A stretch of DNA of 64,000 bases, from positions 6,401 to 70,400 of the forward strand of contig JAVVFV010000002.1 in the NCBI GenBank assembly GCA_039889305.1. Reading direction: 5' to 3'. The position numbers were made by a program, and so were the translations under genes. Shown here piece by piece: positions 18,299 through 25,117 of the stretch; position 1 is the first letter of the stretch; each line of letters opens with the position of its first letter. Source of the stretch: Candidatus Zestomicrobium tamdykulense (GTDB taxonomy: Archaea; Thermoproteota; Thermoprotei_A; Sulfolobales; NBVN01). Under the pieces are notes generated by a model. The model had not been told where the DNA came from, searched no databases, and saw nothing but the letters and a program-made list of their open reading frames with translations.

Positions 18299-18610
18299 TT
18301 GAGTACCACACTCACGTATGAAAACATCAAAAACAAGAGACCAGTGAGGCAAGGAGTTGAGCTAGGGATTGAGGGAGATAACTACTTAGTAGGGATTAGC
18401 GAAGAAAAGATTTATTCACTCTCACTAAGCGCGTTCTACGTATGGCAATTATGTGACGGAACCAGAAACGTGGAGCAATTAGTCGGGCACGTCATGAATG
18501 ACCTAAAAGAAACATCTCAGGAGATAAACGAGAACGAATTAAGAGATATCCTAACACTAATTCTGGGACAGCTTCACGAAGCCGAACTAATTAAGTTTAG
18601 TGAGGAATGA
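18299..18610 (+). CDS. PqqD-like (RiPP-recognition-element-like) small protein
   Basis: YSLSLSAFYVWQLCDGTRNVEQLVGHVMNDL..ELRDILTLILGQLHEAELIKF fits the PqqD pattern (..a..iW.l.DG.rtv.eiv..l...y...........v..fl..L...gli). Start taken as TTG 18299, 1 nt after the ssb stop; the ORF-track start at 18215 overlaps ssb. Confidence 0.55.
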   Translation: MSTTLTYENIKNKRPVRQGVELGIEGDNYLVGISEEKIYSLSLSAFYVWQLCDGTRNVEQLVGHVMNDLKETSQEINENELRDILTLILGQLHEAELIKFSEE

Positions 18611-18648
18611 TTCTCCCATAATTAAGGAAGAATCTTATCCTCTTTACT

Positions 18649-19140
18649 TCATTTTTGATTTAAGAACACCTCAACCTCACTACAGAGTATTCTAAGCACT
18701 GAAGAAAGACGACCAACAACCTCATGCAGTGATTCCATACCCCCGCAAAACTTAAATAAGTGGGTTTTGTGTGTCCCTCTATAGTCACTACAGCCGAAAC
18801 TCTCAATACTCGGTGTTACGTAATCCGAACTCACAAGAATCTCGTAGAGGGTTTTCTCGCTGACCCCACCACACAGTAAAGCACTGATAGGATCACACAC
18901 ACGAGTTAAGTAATCTACATGCCACCTAAGCTTCTTACTACTCTTCATTAAATGCCTCATAACTCTTAAGTATGGACGCTTAATATTAGCAGAACCAACG
19001 TAAATATAGTAACCCTTACTTAAGGGTACCTTACTACGTCTAAGCTCTACTAACACGTCATCACACCACAAAATAAGCACGTAAGAAAAAGTCTGTGATG
19101 ATCTCCTACCAGGTGAGGATTCACAAGCTCCTGTGATCAT
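18649..19140 (-). CDS. DUF123 protein (GIY-YIG-like nuclease superfamily)
   Basis: GYYIYVGSA ... RH ... KKLRWHVDYL ... FGCSD ... HLF, the hallmark string of archaeal DUF123 proteins. Confidence 0.65.
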   Translation of the reverse strand: MITGACESSPGRRSSQTFSYVLILWCDDVLVELRRSKVPLSKGYYIYVGSANIKRPYLRVMRHLMKSSKKLRWHVDYLTRVCDPISALLCGGVSEKTLYEILVSSDYVTPSIESFGCSDYRGTHKTHLFKFCGGMESLHEVVGRLSSVLRILCSEVEVFLNQK

Positions 19141-19227
19141 CCCTTCAACCTCCTTAACTACGTTATTATTAAGAAAAACACTAAAACTATTTATGGACGT
19201 ACTAATAGTTACTACTGGTTTAATTAC

Positions 19228-19533
19228 TTACGTAGTAGCTTGATGTGTTTCTTGTGTTTGAAGAATCGTTACTTCTATAAACGCTTTATCAACCTCATCC
19301 AAAGCTTTAAGTAGTTTGAGACCTAAGTCAGTTACTTTGTATACTTTGTAGTTTCCTTTCTCATTTATTACTTCAATCATGTTGAGAGCTTCAAGTACGT
19401 GGATAGTTGCTAGAACCTCGTATCTAGGTAGCCCGGACAACGTTACTACATCACCTGGAGTCACTATCCTACCAACCATCACCTCTAATATCTTCTTCAG
19501 TCTCTCCCTAGATTCGTTCAAGTCTCGCACCAA
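19228..19533 (-). CDS. Small winged-helix DNA-binding protein
   Basis: 101 aa. ..GDVVTLSGLPRYEVLATIHVLEALNMIEVINEKGNYKVYKVTDLG.. has the helix-turn-helix plus beta-wing pattern. No closer family was recognised. Confidence 0.45.
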   Translation of the reverse strand: MVRDLNESRERLKKILEVMVGRIVTPGDVVTLSGLPRYEVLATIHVLEALNMIEVINEKGNYKVYKVTDLGLKLLKALDEVDKAFIEVTILQTQETHQATT

Positions 19534-19576
19534 AGAAGTTCTTTAAGGCGTAAGTACTTTTAAAAGTTACAGGGTC

Positions 19577-20134
19577 TTAGTACTCCCTACTTGTTGATGC
19601 TTCAGCAACGTATTTACTAGACTCTAACTCAATGATTTTAGCTGTTGCTTCGTGATCTGAAGTAATTAATACCGCATAACTCTTAAACTCAGCTAAGTAG
19701 CCTGAGAGGGTGCCGGGATTGACTGTAAGACACTTACCTACTGTGCTTACTTTAGGTACGTGAGTATGCCCGTAAAGCACTATGTCATAGAGACCGGAAA
19801 CACATAAAGAATAAACAATCTTTTCAGTTAGTTTTTGATCTTTAAAGCCATGCATAATGAACACTCTCCAACCCTCGAAAAACTCCTCGAGAGGCTGATC
19901 CACTAATTGCGGTGCAAGACCCTTCAACAAAGCTTTATCACCATCATTATTACCGAAAACCCCAACTAGCTTAGGCGTAAAACTAAGTAGTTCTCTCAGA
20001 GTGAAGGGTGAAGTAAAATCACCTAAAACCACTACTAAATCGTAACTCTCACTAAGAACTATAGACTTCAGTTTCGTAAGAGCTTCTAAGTTATCATGAA
20101 TATCTGAAATCACTAATATCTTCATCACTACCAC
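19577..20134 (-). CDS. YfcE/MJ0936-type metallophosphoesterase
   Basis: MKILVISDIHDN, GDF, GNNDGD, MHG and GHTH motifs. The probable start is the internal ATG at 20125. Confidence 0.8.
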   Translation of the reverse strand: MVVMKILVISDIHDNLEALTKLKSIVLSESYDLVVVLGDFTSPFTLRELLSFTPKLVGVFGNNDGDKALLKGLAPQLVDQPLEEFFEGWRVFIMHGFKDQKLTEKIVYSLCVSGLYDIVLYGHTHVPKVSTVGKCLTVNPGTLSGYLAEFKSYAVLITSDHEATAKIIELESSKYVAEASTSREY

Positions 20135-20200
20135 TCACACAACACATAAATTCTTTAAATTAAAAAAGAGTGTTTAGTTGTTTACACAGACCAAAACTCA

Positions 20201-20389
20201 TTAAGCTGGGTAGTCTTCAGGAACCTTAGCTCTGAAGTATTTTCCGGTTTCCGGACTCTTAAAGAGTCCTATCTTGACTCCCTTCCTGCCCTTAGGTGCT
20301 AGAGTCCATACCTTCTCAGGAACCAACTCTACTTCCTTCCCTGTTGTTGAGTCCTTAACCTTAACAGGCTTCTTGCTCATGGTTATCAC
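20201..20389 (-). CDS. cren7: Chromatin protein Cren7
   Basis: [56 protein letters not shown] is nearly colinear with Sulfolobus Cren7. Confidence 0.95.
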   Translation of the reverse strand: MITMSKKPVKVKDSTTGKEVELVPEKVWTLAPKGRKGVKIGLFKSPETGKYFRAKVPEDYPA

Positions 20390-20628
20390 TTCATAAGTTA
20401 ATGAATTAACTACTACTTAAGCTTAACTTCAAATCTTCATAATAACCTAGCTACATTTCTGAGGCAGTACTTCAGTTATTCTGAAGTAATACTTTAGATG
20501 ATTAATTATTAATAGCTTCATGAGATCTTGATCTTCTTGATGTGTTTTACATGCTTGAGTAAAGATTAACCTATTGGAATTCAAGACATGGAGCCCAAAA
20601 ATACTTTAATATGTTTTAGTGTGTTTTA

Positions 20629-21792
20629 TTGGTGGTGTTTCAAATGGATGAGAGATTCCTCCTAATGATTCCTGGACCCACGTTCTCTGAGCAGAGCGTC
20701 TTACTCAGCTTAGCAAGAATTACGAGATCACATGTTTCAGAAGAATTCGAGAATATCTTGAAAGAATCTCTCGAGATGCTTAAGAAGATACTAAACACGG
20801 ATGGTGAGGTAGTTATTATGCCTGGAAGCGGGACTTCAGCTATGGAGTTTTCTATAGCTAACTTCGTAGATCCTGGAAGCAAGGTACTCAACCTAGTTAG
20901 CGGGTACTTCGGCGAATACTTCATTCACGCAACTAGAGCTAGGGGAGGAATACCCGTAGAGATTAGGTCTCGGTTAGGGCAGGGATTCAAAGGCGACGGT
21001 ATTTCAGAATTAGTAGAGAAAGAAAAAACTAAGGTACTCACAGTACAGCACGTAGAAACATCAACAGGAGTAGCTAATCATGTAAGGAGCATAGGTGAGG
21101 AACTAAAAAAGACTGAAACTATCTACATAGTTGATGCTGTCGCTTCATTAGGTGGTATGGAAGTAAATATGAGGGAATGGAGAATTGACGTAGTCTTCAC
21201 AGGCTCACAGAAAGCTCTAGCTATACCTCCGGGACTAGCTATAGTAGGTTTGAGTAAGAGAGCAGTAGAATTAATAGAAGACAAGAAAAAAGACTTATTC
21301 TTCTTCGACGGACGTAGGTGGCTTGCCATGATGAGGAACGTGAGAAACTACTTCTCAACAATGCCTGTCAACATGATTTACGCACTGAACGAATCACTCA
21401 AGAGAATCTTGTCAGAAGGACTAGAAAACAGGTACTTAAGACACAAAATAATCGCTGAAGCAATTAGGGGAGGACTAGAAGCTATGGGTCTAAAAATCCT
21501 TGCAGACAAAGAATTCAGATCAGATACAGTCACGGCAGTCTGGCTACCCGAAGGAATCAAGTTTCAGGACCTGAGTAACGAGATGACACGACGCAACATA
21601 GTGATCGCAGGAGGCTTAGGAGAATTAACAGGCAAGATATTCAGGATAGGACACATGGGTCTAGTAAACCCCAACGACGCCATATCAACAATAGCCGCAC
21701 TAGAAAGAAGCCTAAACAAACTAAACTACCCCATCAAGCTAGGCAGCGGCGTAGAAGCAACACAACAAATCCTCAGCAAATACGGCTTCTAA
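20629..21792 (+). CDS. Class-V aminotransferase (serine-pyruvate / alanine-glyoxylate aminotransferase family)
   Basis: Fold-type-I PLP enzyme. GSGTSAMEF, the DAVASLGG Asp, and the FTGSQKAL Schiff-base lysine context. Confidence 0.8.
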   Translation: MVVFQMDERFLLMIPGPTFSEQSVLLSLARITRSHVSEEFENILKESLEMLKKILNTDGEVVIMPGSGTSAMEFSIANFVDPGSKVLNLVSGYFGEYFIHATRARGGIPVEIRSRLGQGFKGDGISELVEKEKTKVLTVQHVETSTGVANHVRSIGEELKKTETIYIVDAVASLGGMEVNMREWRIDVVFTGSQKALAIPPGLAIVGLSKRAVELIEDKKKDLFFFDGRRWLAMMRNVRNYFSTMPVNMIYALNESLKRILSEGLENRYLRHKIIAEAIRGGLEAMGLKILADKEFRSDTVTAVWLPEGIKFQDLSNEMTRRNIVIAGGLGELTGKIFRIGHMGLVNPNDAISTIAALERSLNKLNYPIKLGSGVEATQQILSKYGF

Positions 21793-21830
21793 AACACGTG
21801 AGTCCCTGAAGAAACAAAACCACATAATAT

Positions 21831-21838
21831 TTTAAAAA
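21831..21838 (+). promoter_or_regulatory. TATA-like box (TTTAAAAA) 33 nt upstream of tRNA-Asn
   Basis: Same motif and spacing as upstream of the other tRNAs. Confidence 0.4.
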
Positions 21839-21863
21839 CCTCATAATTAAAACATTATTAGGT

Positions 21864-21937
21864 GCCGGGGTAGCTCAGCCAGGTAGAGCGCCGGGCTGTT
21901 AACCCGGTGGTCGGGGGTTCAAATCCTCCCCCCGGCG
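21864..21937 (+). tRNA. tRNA-Asn (GTT), intron-less, CCA encoded (21938-21940)
   Basis: GCCGGGG/CCCCGGC acceptor, anticodon arm CCGGG-CTGTTAA-CCCGG, T-arm GGGGG-TTCAAAT-CCTCC. Confidence 0.95.
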
Positions 21938-22113
21938 CCACAATAAAACTCACAACACCTACCCCCGATTCTAGCACTCCTCAAACATACTTAAGCCTGC
22001 CTCACCAGCTCCGCAATTACGGGATTACTACAGAATACCACTAATAAGCATAGTCACTATATCGAAAACCTTATAACGTTACACGTAAACCTATACTTCG
22101 AGAAGTATGCAGA

Positions 22114-22555
22114 GTGAATTATTGGATCTTCCCCTAACAGAAGAAAATTGACTCAAAGTTAAGAATACCAACATATTCAGGGTTCCTGAAAAAGCGGACG
22201 TATCGCTGTAGAACTCGTTAAGCCTGAAGACTTGATAATCTTCTACGTAATAAAGAAAAGTTCTAAAAGTCTTGGCAGCATGATCGTAGGCGTATATAAG
22301 GTCGTTTCAACACGGTTCAGAGAAAACAAGCCCCTATAACCAGACGAAGTCAGAGAAGGCTTAGTCAAGTATCCCTGGAGAATCAGGAGAGAACCCGTAA
22401 AACTCGGGATAACCCTCTATAAGGAGCTCATCAATAAGTTAAGCTTTGTTAAAAATAAAAGTAGAGCTGGCGTATCTTTAATCGACACACCAGCAAACTT
22501 TAAGAAACCCGTACCTGAGAAGGATTTTAAGATCATAATTGAAAGTATGAAGTAA
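22114..22555 (+). pseudogene. Degraded PUA/EVE-like (UPF0310-type) gene
   Basis: Hand translation gives pieces in at least two reading frames, with at least two frameshifts: (V)NYWIFP | LTEEN*LKVKNTNIFRVPEK | SGRIAVELVKPEDLIIFYVIKKSSKSLGSMIVGVYKVVSTRFRENKPL*PDEVREGLVKYPWRIRREPVKLGITLYKELINKLSFVKNK..KDFKIIIESMK*. There are in-frame TGA and TAA stops. The YW.., pGD.iifY, ivG...v and ypwR..v.p pattern resembles EVE/PUA-like domains. Confidence 0.5.
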
Positions 22556-22795
22556 AGTCATCTTCGGAGAAACCTACAGCACCCACATACTCGTTAAACT
22601 AACGTAGAGACCCCCTAAGAAACTTCAAGGATTAGCCAGTATTCCTTAATAGCTAGTAAGAAGTTAGGCATCGGCGACCACATTCTTACAACACTTACAC
22701 GCACAAACTAGTAAAAAGAGCTAGCAGAAGTATGGATGAGAATGATTAGTAGTTAGTCTTGATTTTAATACGGCTTTGTTTGTAATAATGATGGT

Positions 22796-23422
22796 GTGGG
22801 TTGGATGGGTTCATGGGTTTCAATAATTGAGAGTAAGCTGAGTGAAGAGAGTTCTAGGATTGATGAGGTATTAAGTACTCGGGACTCGATACGGGAAAGC
22901 CTACTCAGGATTGGGCGCGAGATAGTGAGAGATTCTGGTTACGTGATAACATACATACATTCTGGTAGGTGGGAAGAAGCTGAGGAGAGTCTTCATAGGT
23001 TGAGGAATGATTATGTTAGGCTACGTGAAGTACTAAGTAAGCATCCCTGCTATGAGTTCTCTAACATTGTTATTGATTACTTAAGTGAGTATGCTGAAGC
23101 AGAAATCTTCTATAATCTAGTCAAAAACAAGAAACTAATTGTTTCAGGAGAGCTAGGCATTGATTACGTGCCCTACGTACTAGGATTGCTGGACGTCATC
23201 GGAGAACTCAAGAGGTTCGTCTTAACACTACTCTCAGCAAAGAAACCACTATCTGAAGTCAACGAGTTCTTCAGATTGATGGAAGTAATATTTGAGCACC
23301 TCCAACACCTAGACTACCCCGACGCAATACTTCCTAGTGCGAGGAGAAAAATAGATGTGGCGAGAGGAGTGATAGAATCACTGAGGTATTTATTAATTGA
23401 AGTTTCACTCAAAACACATTAA
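22796..23422 (+). CDS. Translin-family protein (archaeal translin/C3PO-like)
   Basis: EYAEAEIFYNLV..DYVPYVLGLLDVIGELKRFVL fits the translin signature dYllGl.DltGEL.R. Confidence 0.65.
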   Translation: MGWMGSWVSIIESKLSEESSRIDEVLSTRDSIRESLLRIGREIVRDSGYVITYIHSGRWEEAEESLHRLRNDYVRLREVLSKHPCYEFSNIVIDYLSEYAEAEIFYNLVKNKKLIVSGELGIDYVPYVLGLLDVIGELKRFVLTLLSAKKPLSEVNEFFRLMEVIFEHLQHLDYPDAILPSARRKIDVARGVIESLRYLLIEVSLKTH

Positions 23423-23492
23423 GTGAACAACGAGAAAGCCCTACGTAGTTGTAGTAGAGTCACGAAAATGTTTTGTAGTGAATAATTTGTGG

Positions 23493-23608
23493 TCCCCCGG
23501 GAGGGATTCGAACCCCCGACCCCCCGGTTCCTGCCGGAGGGCGTATTAAGTTTCTGTACCCTCCGGGGCTGACTACAGCCGGGTGCTCTACCGCTGAGCT
23601 ACCGGGGG
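23493..23608 (-). tRNA. tRNA-Tyr (GTA) with a 44-nt canonical 37/38 intron (23529-23572); CCA encoded (23490-23492)
   Basis: C1-G72 acceptor pair (CCCCCGG/CCGGGGG), an archaeal Tyr identity element. Anticodon arm CCCGG-CTGTAG[intron]A-CCGGG. T-arm GGGGG-TTCGAAT-CCCTC. Confidence 0.9.
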
Positions 23609-23633
23609 ATCCAATATTTACGATCTTAGGGAG

Positions 23634-23641
23634 GTTAAAAA
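23634..23641 (-). promoter_or_regulatory. TATA-like box (TTTTTAAC) 33 nt upstream of tRNA-Tyr
   Basis: Spacing identical to the other tRNA genes. Confidence 0.35.
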
Positions 23642-23783
23642 CGTTTTCCGTGTTGTTTTGGTATGGGGGTATGTTCTTAAATACTTACTGGGTTTTAGTT
23701 ATTGTTAGGGGACTATTATATTTGGGTGGAAATCTAGGGAGCCTAAGCTAAATTTAAGGAATGTTGGTAAGTTTATAATTGAT

Positions 23784-24242
23784 TTGAAGCAGCTACATAA
23801 GAAGGTTTTCTTCTATAGGTCTAGGGTACAGGAGAGTATAAACAGACTTCAAAACAGGCTTGCTCAAACCGAAGAACCCTTACTAAAGAACGAAATAATA
23901 CGAAACATAAAAATCTACGAGAATCTTTACAAATCACTTGTTATGGTTGAGTCGTTGCTGGAGGTTCTCATAATTAAGTTAGAAACTATCGGGTTCGTCA
24001 ACGTCACAACTAACGATATCTTGGTAGTTAAGGATGTGTTGAGTAAGGTAGCGGGAGACGTGAGAGAAATCCCGGATCTCTCAGTAGTTCTTGAGGATCT
24101 AGTAGATAGGGCGAACGATATCCTTGATACGTTCCCGGAATCAAAGGGTGTACTCATCCCCAGCATGGAGGAAACTAAGAAGATTATTTCGGAAGCAGAA
24201 GTTATAGCTAAGGAGAAACTAAAAGAACTCACTACGTATTAA
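23784..24242 (+). CDS. Short ESCRT-III (CdvB/Snf7-like) protein without a C-terminal winged helix
   Basis: TTG start. ..IKLETIGFVNVTTNDILVVKDVLSKVAGDVREIPDLSVVLEDLVDRANDIL..SMEETKKIISEAEVIAKEKLKEL aligns by eye with the core of Sulfolobus CdvB (..[58 protein letters not shown]). Confidence 0.55.
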   Translation: MKQLHKKVFFYRSRVQESINRLQNRLAQTEEPLLKNEIIRNIKIYENLYKSLVMVESLLEVLIIKLETIGFVNVTTNDILVVKDVLSKVAGDVREIPDLSVVLEDLVDRANDILDTFPESKGVLIPSMEETKKIISEAEVIAKEKLKELTTY

Positions 24243-24922
24243 GTAGTTAATACGTAGTAACCTCTCTCGAGCTTGAGAACACCGTTCTTAAGAAGCCACT
24301 CAACAGCGTCTCTGTAGTAATTCTCCCCAACATCTATCTCGTACCACTCCCTAAACTTACTCACTAACTCCTGGAAAGTCCAAGACTTTTTATACCTCCC
24401 CTCCTCACTCAGAATCCTCTTAAGAAACTGGTACGTGTCTTCTAGCCTGGTCCACGGGTATTGGAACCATATCCACTCACGAACCTCAACACTATAGTAG
24501 TCCGGCTTGAATTTAGCGACGGGGGATATCCACTGAAGTACAGCAACCCTCACATCACTTATGTTCCAGTTCTTACGTATGAATTCCTTAGCTAGTAATA
24601 CTGAGTCACCAGTATCCACGATATCATCAACTATCAAAACCTTACTATTGCTTAGGTTTAGCTTGTAAGGATACTTAATAACTGCTTTCTCTTCAGCTTT
24701 AGCTGCCTCAGTCCAGTGCTGTGACTGGATAGAAATCAAGTTCTCAATCATTAGGAAATCACAAACAAGTCTTGCCGGAACGAATCCACCCCTAGCTATA
24801 GCTACCACAACATCAGGTCTGTAACCAGATTCTTCAACCTTTCTCGATAAGTCACGCGCCCAGCCTACTATCTCCTCCCATGAAACTAACTTAGTCTTAA
24901 TTTTAGGCATTGAACACCCCAA
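24239..24922 (-). CDS. Purine (6-oxopurine-type) phosphoribosyltransferase with a C-terminal winged-helix-like extension
   Basis: PRPP loop KVLIVDDIVDTGDS and N-terminal VVAIARGGFVPARL. About 70 extra C-terminal residues (..ELVSKFREWYEI..AVEWLLKNGVLKLERGYYVL). The probable start is ATG 24910. Confidence 0.75.
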   Translation of the reverse strand: MGCSMPKIKTKLVSWEEIVGWARDLSRKVEESGYRPDVVVAIARGGFVPARLVCDFLMIENLISIQSQHWTEAAKAEEKAVIKYPYKLNLSNSKVLIVDDIVDTGDSVLLAKEFIRKNWNISDVRVAVLQWISPVAKFKPDYYSVEVREWIWFQYPWTRLEDTYQFLKRILSEEGRYKKSWTFQELVSKFREWYEIDVGENYYRDAVEWLLKNGVLKLERGYYVLTT

Positions 24923-25117
24923 TACTATATCTTAAGTAAACAGCATTAAAAACTTAACAACCCACCCACCTCAACAGTAATTAACATGAAAATGCATAAA
25001 ACAAGTCATCACCACGAAAATAACGATAATACAGGGTATGTAGCGTTCTTTCCTTAATCAAACCATAAACCAGCTATTTTACTTAAAATACTAAGACTTA
25101 TTAAGACTTGGAGTGAG

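Noticed and set aside
21941-22113. A search for an integrated element or att duplication downstream of tRNA-Asn, and likewise beside tRNA-Tyr, tRNA-Trp and tRNA-Thr.
   Set aside because: No copy of any tRNA 3' half and no integrase gene were found in the flanks. Only the EVE-like pseudogene hints at past insertion.
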